The position numbers were made by a program, and so were the translations under genes. Source: a virus. Taken from it: a stretch of 64,000 nucleotides of DNA. Under the pieces are notes generated by a model, which saw only the letters and a program-made list of their open reading frames with translations, did no database searches and had not been told where the DNA came from. Below are positions 37,801-48,049 of this stretch, piece after piece (the first letter of the stretch is position 1; every line of letters starts with the position of its first letter). The stretch is taken from positions 11,861 to 75,860 of the IMG/VR virus record IMGVR_UViG_3300030390_001024; one strand, given 5' to 3'.

Positions 37801-40800
37801 TAATATAATAACTCCTCCTGCCGGTAAAGGATCACCAGTATTTAAATCATCCAAGTTTCTATTATCTAATACAAAGTTCCCATTAAGAAATTCATTTTCT
37901 CTTATTACTTCTTGTCTATCAGGAGTAACCTTACCATTAACTTCTTCTATACTAAATACTCTTCTATATATATTCTTTCCTAAAGATGAAACTAATGCAA
38001 CACTAGTTCCGTTTACTTTTTCTTGAAATACCCCTTGACTAAAATATGTTAAGAATAACTGTTCATACTTAACTATTGTATATGGGTTGTCTAAGTTATA
38101 TTTAAGTTGGTTGTTTTCATCAGAACTAAAAAATTCAATTAAATTGCTGTTTGATTGACTAGCCTGTAAAGAATTAACTGCATACTTAGAAAACAACGCT
38201 AAATTAGGACTTACTATATTATTTAATTTTGATGCATCTATTTCTGATTTTATATCTTCTACATTAAATGTTAATCTAACCTTAGCATTGTATTTTAATC
38301 TTGATCTATGTTTTAGATTCTTGTTATAACTTGTAATTATTTTTTGACTAACAGGATTATTAGGATCTTGTTCAGATGTATTTATAGTTTTCATCTGACT
38401 TTGTAACGTAATTTGCTTTTTGTTTGATGGGTTAATTTGTTGTAACCCAAAGTACTTAGCATAGATAGTTGTAGCATCCTGTGTAAAGCCATCTGGTTGA
38501 CCATTTAAATCACTAATAGGATTTAAGTTCTTTCTCATCATTTTCAATGCTGACTCAGGTGCTGCTATACTTATACTTTCATTTTCTTTGTCTAATGCTT
38601 CTAGATTAACTCTTAAATTGTGTAATTTTTCTTGACCTGTTTTAGCAACCCACATTCCATCAGAGTCCTGCATTGATGTTAACTCTTTGGTCAAAGTTGT
38701 ATAAGACATTTTTATATATGTTTCACCATCAAAGTAAGCATACTTTTTAGAGTTTAACATATTGCCTTGAGATACAAGCCCGTCAATTTCATCCCACTGT
38801 AAAACTTCACCTGCTTCAATCTTGTTTAATGCAGAAGCTAATGCTGGTGTCATATTACCAATACCAAATTCAATGTGTCTTGTTGTTTTTACTGTACCAT
38901 ATGCTTGTGCATCTGCAATCTTAATATTTTTAGGACTCAACGCAGACTCTAGTGTTGGTTCATAAAAAGATACTAGATTTATTTTGTTTGTCTCATGCAT
39001 TACACCAGAAGAAGGATCAGTTAAATATGTTTCAGCAGGTAAAAAAGAGTTGTTGTTACCTTTTGCTCTCTTGCTTTTATTAGTAAAGCCTTCTAAAACC
39101 TTAGCCTGATCACTTAAATAAAGTTCATTCAATGATTTAACATTTAAATAATTGCTTAAGAATACTTGTTTAAGATTATAAAGAGAATCTGAACTAATTA
39201 AATTATACATAGCTGCAGTTGACTCAGCAGTTTCTTTAACAGCTCCAACGGCACCTGCAGTTAATCCACGTATAATTTTTTTATTTATTCTATTTCTGAT
39301 ATTTAGTTTATCAATTAAACTATTAAAATCCTTAAACTTTGCATCTAAATTAATTTCAAGTGACCTCTTAAATGACTTTTTATTTAGCTTAGCTGCTCTC
39401 AAAGCTTGTTCAAATGCAGCTGGTTCTTCTGAAAGTGCCTCTTGTATTAGTGCACTTCTAATATCTATCCTTAAAAGAGTTTCATTATTAGCAAATGTTT
39501 TTGCTCTATACTCTCCAGTATTATATCCTTCTATTACATCAGTAGTTCTATCTGGACCATTCTCTCTTACTATTCTATTGTACTCATTCTCAACAAAATT
39601 ATAAAAGGCCTCTAATACTTCATCAGTAATAACGTCTCTTCCTTGTACTTTTTCCACTGCTTTTATAATAGGTAGTGTTGTTTGATCACCAGTATTTGAA
39701 GACTCCATAACTCTAATTAAATTTGCAGATATAACAACTTCATTATCTACACCACTTACAGGATCCTTAACTACTATAGATTTTAAAGGTTTTCTGTTAA
39801 GAGTATTATAATAACCCAAGTAGTTATTAATATTATGAAGTAAAAACTCAGCAGGAGTATATTTCCCATAGTCTGTACTCTTTAATGTTAAACTAGATTT
39901 TACATCTAAGTCAGCAGATAAACTTCTTAAAACTTTTGTTCCAGATATTCTAGATGTCTTTACTTGATTATTATTTGCTAAAACATTAAATGCAGGTGAG
40001 TTCAATAAAAAGTTATTAGTTAAATAATCATCCTGTAATAATCTTGCTCTCTCACTTGTAGAGTTTAATGCTCTTGTCTTTCTTAGATTAAATGTTGGTT
40101 GTTGATGTGAATTAACTAAATCATTATTTGAATTCTTAAATACTGTAGCCCCAATTGTTTCATCAAATGATGCATTAGCTAAAGCTAATTTTTTTAATTT
40201 GCTTTCTGTACCTTGAGGTGAAAATATATCTACTTCCTTATCAACTAATTCATAAAATACATTTATATCATTGACCGTCATTGGTTGTACATCAGGATAA
40301 AAAGATAGATATTGTCTTTGTGCTTTACTAATATTTGTTCTAGCCATAAGTCTACTAAAAGATATATAACCTGGACTAATAGAAATACCTAAATTGTCAA
40401 ATAAAAGTTTAGATAGTTCACCAGAACGTTCACTTAATACATCAGCTTCTATTAATGTATCTTTAGGTGTTAAGTCTGCTTTTATTGTAACAAGTGCATT
40501 TAATGCATTCTTTCTTATATTTGAATCATCTTGCCATAACTGTAGCTTAGATGAATATCCTTCTGACCATGAATTTAATTGATTGTTAGAATCATCTCTT
40601 TGAGATGCTGAATGAATAATTGTATTACCCATCATATCTCTTTGAGTAAAAAACCACTCTACTCTAAAGTTTGTAAATGAATTAAGTATCTTAATTAAAA
40701 AATTTGGATTAGTAATACCTAGAGGAAACTGCTCAAAAGTAAAGTCTTCTACATAACTCTCTGGCATATTGATCCCTGAGTTTTCAAATATTTGATTTAC

Positions 40801-43800
40801 AACAGCCTCAGTCTGTGGATTAGTTTGGGAAAAAGCATACATAGCTTGTAACATTTCTACAGGGTCTTCTAAACCTTCCACTGATTTAAGAATTCCGTTG
40901 TATACTGTATTAGCATTAACTGGTACTGTAATAGGTGTACCATTAACTAAAGTAGTATTACCAAAATAATCTTTTTCAATATATGTTATAGTTCCTATAT
41001 ACTTTCTTACTGCAGCAGGTAAATTATCTAAACCACCACTAAGATATGTTTCTTTACCATACTGCTGTACAGTTCTTAATCCTTCATTATTTATAAAGTC
41101 ATCATTTCTTTCAACCTGTTGTGCTGATTGTAAATCTATTATATCTAAAATATCTGTAACAGATTCTTTTATTTGTGGAACAAAATCTTCAAACGCTCTT
41201 GTAAGTAATGTAAGCATATCATGCTCTTTACTTCCTGCTATAAATTGTGAGTTAGCATCACTGTATACATCATATGTCTCAGCAAACTCATCTACTATAA
41301 TATCTAATTCTTCATCTTGATCAAACTTTAACTTTTCTTCTGTAGGTATAAAATCAAATTTTCTATCTATTAATACACCAGCCATAGAAGATACTATACC
41401 ATTTGCTACAAAACTTGGTACATATAACTCACCTATACCAGCATCTCTATCTACAGTTTGATATGGAATAAGCTTGTTAGCTTCAACAGATGACCCTAAA
41501 GTTGTAAATTCGTTTGTTGCTATAGGAGCAGATTGAAATTTACCTGCATCTATATTTTTGAATAATGAAGTTAGCTCATTCTTATGGAATTGATTTAATA
41601 TACTCTTAATCCAATCTAATATTCTTGTAAACAAAGATTTTACTTCTGAAGAAGTCTTAGTATTTTTTGGTCCAGTTTTAAACAACTCAAACTGATCTGC
41701 CATATATTCTTCAAAGTATTCTCTTTCTAATCTCTCTTGACTCATATTAGTATATGTATCAGCAGAGTTTCTAAATTTTTGTAATTCAGATGCTAGACTT
41801 TTACCTTCCTTTCTTAGGTTAGCTTTTTGTTCTTTTCTAGCTATTCTTAAATACTTAGCTTGTTCTTGTGGTGTAAGTATCATTCTGTATACACCGTGAA
41901 AAGCTTCATGATATCTAAATGGGCTATTTGCTCCTGTGTATATAGTTCCTGAAACATCAAGTCCGCCAGCTATATCATTTATGTTTAAAACAAATGATCC
42001 TACACGTGTACCTGTAGTTATTAAGTTACTTCTTAGGGTAGTAATATCAGCTATACCTATATAATCAGGTAATGTTTGTGAAGCCCATACAGAAAAAGAA
42101 TCAATAGTTTCTATATTAGTAGAGTTAAAAGATCCTTCAACAATCTTATTAGCACCTCTTAATTCATCTCTTTCCTTTAATAGGTCTTGATATTCTTTAC
42201 TATCTTTAAGTGCTTTTCTTCTATTTTTATTGCCAACCCTCTGAGCTATTTCTTCTCTTAATGCTTCTATCTTATTTAAAACAAACTTTAAACTTCTTAC
42301 TTCTTCTAAAACTTCTACCTCTTCTGCTATATCTGGTAATACTTCTATATTCTCTGGTGCACTTTCTTCTATTAAAGGTGTGACAGATATGTTACCTTTA
42401 GACAATTCTCTTTGAATTGCTTTAGGACTAGCTGTTGTTAAAAGTCTATATCCTTTTCTTAATTGATTAGGATCTATAGCTGTTTCTAAGTCTGTTAGAA
42501 AATCATCTATATTAGCACCTTCATCTATAGATGTTGTAAAATTTTTGAAAGAAATTATTCCGTCTCCTGTTTCTTTATCTTCATTAATTTTATTTAGTAA
42601 AGGTTGTATTAAATCTCTTGCTGATGATCTATTTTTTTCTGCAACACCTAACTCAAGATCTGCTGGAAACAAAAATTGTTCATCTCCTACATTCTTATAT
42701 AATGTACCAGTTGACGTTCTATTTTCATTAGATATTTCATCTTTAACTCTCATCCTAATCCTACCATTCTTATCTACATCTAAGAATACTTTTCTTCCAG
42801 TTCCAGGCTTAGCTGTTATAAATATTTTACTTTGAGTTTCTTTATTAAATATTTCATTAAAGTTTATATCCTTTACTTTATTATTTTTATCAAGATTTTC
42901 ATTTACAGTTTTCTGAGCTCTATTAATAAGTCTTAAAAGCTCTATATCTAAATCTACCTTTTGTTGTACTTTTGTTTTTGAAGTAACAACTGAATAAACC
43001 CCATTAGGCTGCTTAAGAACAACCATGTATCTATTAGTTCCTCCTTCTACTTTTTCTTTCCATAGACCTTTTTTTAATGCGGCTTTAGTCTCATCTCTTA
43101 ATATATCTAATGCTTTACCATCTAGATTACTAATGACTCCTGGTGCTGCATTATTTCCTCCTACACTAATATCATAAATTATATAGTTTCCTAAATTATC
43201 AGAGCTAAATTTTAAATCTTTTAATTGAGTAAAAGTATTTGGTTTTGTATAGTTATCATAACCCTCAAAGAAATTTATTCTTATACTATCTGGTAATTGA
43301 CCAAACAACACCTGACCTCTACCGTCTTCATTAACTACTTTTTGTATTGCTTGATTTAAAATTGCAGCCTTTGCAAAATTTTCTCGTATATATTGTAGAG
43401 TCTGTACACCAGATGATAAATTAGATTGAGAATCTATATCTATTCCGGTTAAGTCTTTATCAAATTTAATTACACTCTTCATATACTCTACATCAAAGTC
43501 TTGTGACATAACTGCTTTGCCATCTTTATCTTTAAAATTAAACCTTTGACTTGGTAAATATGCAAATACATTATTAGCCTCTTCTTCAAGTGGAGTTATA
43601 TCCTTGTTTGCCTCATATAAGTCATTGATCTTTGTTATAACATCAGGATCAATAATTTGTATACCTATATTATAAGTGTTGCTGTTCTCTTGTATATATG
43701 GGTTTGGTTTTAATCCATTAGCAGGTACAACATAATTTTTTGATGGTAATTGTTCTACTGGTTTTATAAATAAATTTAATCCCTTTAATTCTTCTGTAGA

Positions 43801-46800
43801 TAGGTTGTTAATAATTAAATCTGTTCTAGCATTAGCACTTTCTTTAGGCTCAGTATAAGCATTTTTATGTGACCAAGCTTCTATCATTTCATTAGGACGC
43901 ATTTTAGAATACGTATTACCTAAGACATTAAAATTAATTGGTGCTGCTAAAACAAAATTATTTATAAAGTCTTGTTCTGAAATAGATATTGAGTTCTCTA
44001 GGTTAGTATAAAAGTCATCACTAAACTTTTTCATAGGAATAATAAATATACTTTGTTGAGCACCTTTATCAAATGATGTTTTGCCTGTATTAACTACAAA
44101 TACTTCTCCTTGTTTATTAATTATTCTTTCATTCTTACTTATAGATAGACCATTTACTCCACCAAATCTATATACCCCTCCTGTATCAACCTCTTTTTCT
44201 AATGTTTCAGCAGCTTGAAGTGCATCAGCCTTTTGGCTGTATACGCCCAAACTATTAGCACCAATAATTTGTCTATACTCTGCAGATATCTTATTGCCTT
44301 TCTTATCTAATATTGTATAAGTAGATGTATTTTCTCTATCTCTTTTATTTATAACCTTTTCTTCTACATCAACCACTGCACCCTCAAAAATAACATTTGA
44401 AGGTTTTTGTCTTACTGTTTTAAAAATAGAAAGATTTAAATTTAATTGATCAAGCACGTCTAATATAGCAGGGTTCTCTTGTGCGGGTCCGTTTATAAAA
44501 TTTTGAAAGCCTGTCTCATTTTTTACTTCACTTTCTGTTGGAACATTTTGTACTATGTCACCACTTGGCAACGCTACTGGATAACCACCTGACCATATTT
44601 TTTTGATAGCATCATAAGCTGTTTCTATGTTAATTCCAGCAGAACTCTCCTTCCATTCTTCTATACCTAAAGAATCTCTATTAGGTATAGCTTGATATTG
44701 TCTAAACTGTTCTTCTAATGTTCTATTTAATATAACAGAATTAATTGTTGGTGTTACTTCTGTATTTTTTATACCAGCATTATCTAAAATTTGTTCTACA
44801 TCTTTTGCACCCTCTTTTGCAACTTCTTCTTGTGACTTGTCTGCTTCTTCAGTTATTTCTATAAGTTTATTATATCTATTTAATACTGGATTAATTAAAT
44901 TATCAATAATTATATTATCTTCTAATACGTCTGGGTCTAATAATCTACCTGCATATAGATATGAATTTGATTGATCTATTGAAGCTGTATCTCCTGTTTC
45001 TAAAAATACTTCTGTTGCTTCTGGTGTTAAGTAAACATCTCTTGAACCTAAGGCATTTAGCATTTGGTTTTGTTTACTTAATTTTAATTGTGATTTAATT
45101 TGTGCTGTTATTATCTGTCTTTGATTAGCCTCTAACATTTTAAAATACTCTGCAGATCTATTTATTAAGTCTTCCATTTTATTAGGATCCAATAAATAAT
45201 CTATAGTATTGTTAAACAAAAATGCATCTTGAGATAAAGCTGCATAGTCTACTATTTCATTAATGGCTTTGTCTACTGCGTCAGCATCAACAAATGTTCC
45301 TTTATCAACTGCTAATGACTTTAAATAATTATCTATTGGGCCCTTTAACTTAGTCTTTTTACGCTGATCAAAAAATCCTTTTTCTGTTAGATTATCATTA
45401 TATACTTTATTAATTCTATCTAGATTCTTTTTTTTCCTTTTCTTTTCCTGGAGAGATTTTTTATTTCTTTTGATTGCAACCTTATCTAACCCAGATTGAT
45501 TATTAGTGTTTTGTTCTAGTAGTGCTATCTCTTCTTGTAATCTATCTATTTCAATTTGTAAAGATTCTTTATCTAATAAAGGTGTAACATCACTAGCAGC
45601 CATATTACCATACAATGGAGTTGACTCTAATGATTGAGCAATTTTTATTTTTCTATTTAGTGCATCTTTAAATGCACTCTGAGTAAACATATAAAACATC
45701 TCTTGATGTTCATGTGCTCTTTTTAATCTCTGTTCATCTCTATATTTTCTTGTTCCAGGTGTAAACATTTCTGGCTTGTATCTAGGTTTAAATATGGTTT
45801 GCTTGTTGTTAAACATATCACCATACTCAGAAATAAGATCTAATTGTTTCTGTATTTTAGATCTTACTTTTTGTATACTGCCAAATTCATTAGCTGGAAA
45901 AGCTTGACCTAATGTTTTATCATCTAGTTGAGAATACCCTTCCATATCTTGCTTATAAAAACCTATTGAACCCTGTTTATATAACTCATGTATATTTTTA
46001 AATTCTAAAAAAAGATTTTCATTAAAATAATCATACTTATCATTTCTTGAAATAGCATCATCCATAGCATTGGATGCTTGTTTCATAGCAGACATTTGTA
46101 ATTGTTTCTTGTTTAATAGACCATCTATACCAGTTCTACCTTTTTCAGATAAATCTTCTGTATTACGTATAATATCTGATATTACTTTTTCTTCTGCTTG
46201 TTTTGCCTGTACATAATCAGCTCTAGAAACTTTACCTCTCATTGCAAATATTTTAGGAACCTGTTGAAATAAAACATTTTGATAAGGTCCAGCTAAACCA
46301 CCCATCAAAAATCCTGATAAAAATGTATTTAACCCTTGTGCTGTAAACTGATCCTTTACACCATCCATTGCAAATGAACCATATAAATTTTTAGTAGCTG
46401 AACCGGGCTCTCTAAGCAAGGCACCATAGTAACCTTCATTAGTTGCAGCAATTGCTTCTTGTGAAACTTCTTGTAATCCCTCTGCTATTCCTGATGCTCC
46501 ATATCTTAACATCACACTTCCTAAAGCCCTTGGAGCACTTTTCCACCCAGCAGCTGCAAATGCTCCACCAATAGCTTGATAAGGTACACCTAAAGCTGTT
46601 TTACCCTTTTTATAAATTCCTTTTAAAGCTCTACCTGAAACAGCATCTACTAGTGGATTTGTTCTAAATACTTTATCAGCTAAATTTTTATATCCTCTTC
46701 TCCAACTTCCAAAAGCTCCTTTTAAAACAAACTTGTTTGATAAATATATTATACCAAAGTTTTGCATTTGTGTTCTAAATGCAGCTTGAGCAGCTTTTAC

Positions 46801-48033
46801 TTTTGTATCAGATAGTTGGACTGCTGTAAGATCCTTACCAGGATTTTGTTGTGATAAATATTTTAAATGATTTTGTTCTACTCTATTGCTAACCATACCA
46901 GATTCAAGTTTAGCTTCAGATAAAGCAATATTAAATTGTCTTATATCTCTATAGAAACCACCAAAAACATTATGGCTTTTAGTAATATTAAATAAATTTT
47001 GTGCAGCATTACCTGATGTTTGCCAATTCTTTATAGCAAAAGTAGTTTCTGGTGCAACAAATCTTCCAAAAGCTTCTGCACCACCAAAAAATAATTGTTT
47101 AGCATTATCAGCATCATTAAGTGATCTTGCTATAGTCTCACCGGCACTTGCATATCTTTTAACATCAAATAAATTAGCAATAGATTTCCCTCCTTGGTAT
47201 AAGATTCTACCTGTACCTGCTACAAAAGCAGCAAAACCTGCTGGTGCTCCTACACCTGTGGATGCTAATGCAGCTGACCCCATTGCCAACACTAACTCTT
47301 CTACTGCTATAGATGCAATAATACCTGCTGTATAACCAAAGCTTAAACCAGTATTAGTCAATAAACCAATAGCTCCACCTTTACTTGTTGAACCTATTCT
47401 CATAGCATCTTCCATAGTATTTGCTGCTACTAAATCTGGAGCTGAAAAATAACCATCTCCATCAATTAGATCTGCTATAGATCTATAGGAAGATCCAGCA
47501 CCAATCCAAAATTGACTACCTAATTGATCCCAAGCTCTACCTAAATCATCAACCTTACTACTATTAGCATTATAATTACTTTCATTATTTGCATAAACAT
47601 TAAAACCTAACTTATTATAATTAGGACTAGCATAAAATCTATCAAAATTACTATTTTTAATATTACCATAATCTGGTGAAGTAGCTACTAAATCATTTCC
47701 TGATGGTTGAATTGCTGCTGCTTTTAGTTGTTCAATTGGACCAAGATCAGATATTTGAGTTTTAGTGGGATTGTATCCTATGTCTAACAATCCCGGGTCA
47801 TTACTTGAAACATTACCAATTACTTCAGGACCATACTTAAACATATCACTTTGATACCTGTCTACGTTTAATAACGCAGCTGGGTCAGCCATGTTCAGAA
47901 AGTCTGGACCATACTGTTCTGTATCCATCAATGACTGAATTGTTTTATATGGTTTAGCATTATTTATTAAATCAACCTGAGGATTGTTATCTTTAATATT
48001 TTCCTGTAAAGATTGTGGATCTTGGTTTTCCAT
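34870..48033 (-). CDS. giant virion-packaged DNA-dependent RNA polymerase (crAss-like) with zincin domain
   Basis: SGADFDID catalytic motif (37492-37506) preceded by VRIPSE; HEAFH zincin (41896-41910) followed by EEYMADQF; hydrophobic N-terminal region. Confidence 0.85.
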   Translation of the reverse strand: MENQDPQSLQENIKDNNPQVDLINNAKPYKTIQSLMDTEQYGPDFLNMADPAALLNVDRYQSDMFKYGPEVIGNVSSNDPGLLDIGYNPTKTQISDLGPIEQLKAAAIQPSGNDLVATSPDYGNIKNSNFDRFYASPNYNKLGFNVYANNESNYNANSSKVDDLGRAWDQLGSQFWIGAGSSYRSIADLIDGDGYFSAPDLVAANTMEDAMRIGSTSKGGAIGLLTNTGLSFGYTAGIIASIAVEELVLAMGSAALASTGVGAPAGFAAFVAGTGRILYQGGKSIANLFDVKRYASAGETIARSLNDADNAKQLFFGGAEAFGRFVAPETTFAIKNWQTSGNAAQNLFNITKSHNVFGGFYRDIRQFNIALSEAKLESGMVSNRVEQNHLKYLSQQNPGKDLTAVQLSDTKVKAAQAAFRTQMQNFGIIYLSNKFVLKGAFGSWRRGYKNLADKVFRTNPLVDAVSGRALKGIYKKGKTALGVPYQAIGGAFAAAGWKSAPRALGSVMLRYGASGIAEGLQEVSQEAIAATNEGYYGALLREPGSATKNLYGSFAMDGVKDQFTAQGLNTFLSGFLMGGLAGPYQNVLFQQVPKIFAMRGKVSRADYVQAKQAEEKVISDIIRNTEDLSEKGRTGIDGLLNKKQLQMSAMKQASNAMDDAISRNDKYDYFNENLFLEFKNIHELYKQGSIGFYKQDMEGYSQLDDKTLGQAFPANEFGSIQKVRSKIQKQLDLISEYGDMFNNKQTIFKPRYKPEMFTPGTRKYRDEQRLKRAHEHQEMFYMFTQSAFKDALNRKIKIAQSLESTPLYGNMAASDVTPLLDKESLQIEIDRLQEEIALLEQNTNNQSGLDKVAIKRNKKSLQEKKRKKKNLDRINKVYNDNLTEKGFFDQRKKTKLKGPIDNYLKSLAVDKGTFVDADAVDKAINEIVDYAALSQDAFLFNNTIDYLLDPNKMEDLINRSAEYFKMLEANQRQIITAQIKSQLKLSKQNQMLNALGSRDVYLTPEATEVFLETGDTASIDQSNSYLYAGRLLDPDVLEDNIIIDNLINPVLNRYNKLIEITEEADKSQEEVAKEGAKDVEQILDNAGIKNTEVTPTINSVILNRTLEEQFRQYQAIPNRDSLGIEEWKESSAGINIETAYDAIKKIWSGGYPVALPSGDIVQNVPTESEVKNETGFQNFINGPAQENPAILDVLDQLNLNLSIFKTVRQKPSNVIFEGAVVDVEEKVINKRDRENTSTYTILDKKGNKISAEYRQIIGANSLGVYSQKADALQAAETLEKEVDTGGVYRFGGVNGLSISKNERIINKQGEVFVVNTGKTSFDKGAQQSIFIIPMKKFSDDFYTNLENSISISEQDFINNFVLAAPINFNVLGNTYSKMRPNEMIEAWSHKNAYTEPKESANARTDLIINNLSTEELKGLNLFIKPVEQLPSKNYVVPANGLKPNPYIQENSNTYNIGIQIIDPDVITKINDLYEANKDITPLEEEANNVFAYLPSQRFNFKDKDGKAVMSQDFDVEYMKSVIKFDKDLTGIDIDSQSNLSSGVQTLQYIRENFAKAAILNQAIQKVVNEDGRGQVLFGQLPDSIRINFFEGYDNYTKPNTFTQLKDLKFSSDNLGNYIIYDISVGGNNAAPGVISNLDGKALDILRDETKAALKKGLWKEKVEGGTNRYMVVLKQPNGVYSVVTSKTKVQQKVDLDIELLRLINRAQKTVNENLDKNNKVKDINFNEIFNKETQSKIFITAKPGTGRKVFLDVDKNGRIRMRVKDEISNENRTSTGTLYKNVGDEQFLFPADLELGVAEKNRSSARDLIQPLLNKINEDKETGDGIISFKNFTTSIDEGANIDDFLTDLETAIDPNQLRKGYRLLTTASPKAIQRELSKGNISVTPLIEESAPENIEVLPDIAEEVEVLEEVRSLKFVLNKIEALREEIAQRVGNKNRRKALKDSKEYQDLLKERDELRGANKIVEGSFNSTNIETIDSFSVWASQTLPDYIGIADITTLRSNLITTGTRVGSFVLNINDIAGGLDVSGTIYTGANSPFRYHEAFHGVYRMILTPQEQAKYLRIARKEQKANLRKEGKSLASELQKFRNSADTYTNMSQERLEREYFEEYMADQFELFKTGPKNTKTSSEVKSLFTRILDWIKSILNQFHKNELTSLFKNIDAGKFQSAPIATNEFTTLGSSVEANKLIPYQTVDRDAGIGELYVPSFVANGIVSSMAGVLIDRKFDFIPTEEKLKFDQDEELDIIVDEFAETYDVYSDANSQFIAGSKEHDMLTLLTRAFEDFVPQIKESVTDILDIIDLQSAQQVERNDDFINNEGLRTVQQYGKETYLSGGLDNLPAAVRKYIGTITYIEKDYFGNTTLVNGTPITVPVNANTVYNGILKSVEGLEDPVEMLQAMYAFSQTNPQTEAVVNQIFENSGINMPESYVEDFTFEQFPLGITNPNFLIKILNSFTNFRVEWFFTQRDMMGNTIIHSASQRDDSNNQLNSWSEGYSSKLQLWQDDSNIRKNALNALVTIKADLTPKDTLIEADVLSERSGELSKLLFDNLGISISPGYISFSRLMARTNISKAQRQYLSFYPDVQPMTVNDINVFYELVDKEVDIFSPQGTESKLKKLALANASFDETIGATVFKNSNNDLVNSHQQPTFNLRKTRALNSTSERARLLQDDYLTNNFLLNSPAFNVLANNNQVKTSRISGTKVLRSLSADLDVKSSLTLKSTDYGKYTPAEFLLHNINNYLGYYNTLNRKPLKSIVVKDPVSGVDNEVVISANLIRVMESSNTGDQTTLPIIKAVEKVQGRDVITDEVLEAFYNFVENEYNRIVRENGPDRTTDVIEGYNTGEYRAKTFANNETLLRIDIRSALIQEALSEEPAAFEQALRAAKLNKKSFKRSLEINLDAKFKDFNSLIDKLNIRNRINKKIIRGLTAGAVGAVKETAESTAAMYNLISSDSLYNLKQVFLSNYLNVKSLNELYLSDQAKVLEGFTNKSKRAKGNNNSFLPAETYLTDPSSGVMHETNKINLVSFYEPTLESALSPKNIKIADAQAYGTVKTTRHIEFGIGNMTPALASALNKIEAGEVLQWDEIDGLVSQGNMLNSKKYAYFDGETYIKMSYTTLTKELTSMQDSDGMWVAKTGQEKLHNLRVNLEALDKENESISIAAPESALKMMRKNLNPISDLNGQPDGFTQDATTIYAKYFGLQQINPSNKKQITLQSQMKTINTSEQDPNNPVSQKIITSYNKNLKHRSRLKYNAKVRLTFNVEDIKSEIDASKLNNIVSPNLALFSKYAVNSLQASQSNSNLIEFFSSDENNQLKYNLDNPYTIVKYEQLFLTYFSQGVFQEKVNGTSVALVSSLGKNIYRRVFSIEEVNGKVTPDRQEVIRENEFLNGNFVLDNRNLDDLNTGDPLPAGGVIILDRLRYNLKEYKDGKYQGQRYSEAIMPPQSKEVNDLLAYKSKSRRYKNNIPDVVSEMYAVRIPSEDYHSAFNVKVVDFLPNFMGGSAMFSNELIEVSGADFDIDQAYIHMKEFYVENGEFKAYEKNYSSYINYVNKKVNETGNQYSEAIKLYKLQGVIISDSLVDIDQTPAENAGFSKNAIGALKVLGMPITQNDFNKYIKKNKQAPYEAPVSNELVDQKRYLVSNDYLTSGTEPIAYRPSNLDLLNDVWASVQGFAGFSERINQLGKDIDTLTGQTIAFTNNKGASIGSVVSPNLYLSLFKEYKISLGTLKFELDNESYTTFGGTLNKEGKRKQDLMSSLIVAMTDNAKEFLVSKLGLNAHATRMLSNMIQIGVPLETSILLLNQKVIQDIYTKIENDDSQSIQGIKKSINNLIERDDKGKIVKGQVPNYEILKRGVGVNLEGAELQGVVQTFSTIMNISDFTVKLNSWVSLNNGLGKNIDSISLRVETMDEFVNNPYYIKVRNMLSNSYVSGLGEQLEDLNKNILPKMFLSQTPRVKLITTALVRNLDPETYKNSEYARSKVKKDILAFITFGAYQNIDENNPLSNGVLYPGQDNEQGSVWNAVQQLRISDPGNFFLFNFVTTYKPNDKGNASGLYLALANTWRRLNRLQKYDLQTSFNKLYNDPDTRGYAKTIIDYIMVKDGLQLATGSLLESMSPYVLGDYLSAINSTEKYLASQAYIDSGANRGFVQNYLLSASNAKLLPAKFSEASDKEIAIRRIDITDEQTGRITTVFERNDAEKTPAELKGSPLQFGAGFMFGNRPTFNQMLAKPEVSEKNSEVVESDKPIEQTTKVPEIFRNQSVNMDITNEEISFNSINIKDTKELDAAQASIAEATENITSEELGILETEEFNISEQRQELIGQLDMFDPSISHPEITEFWDNNIEDGSFKTEVKNFKRENNINSLEDLLDLYDTNPNSMWSSPQDLIDQIKKCNL

Positions 48034-48049
48034 ACTTAACTATTAATTA

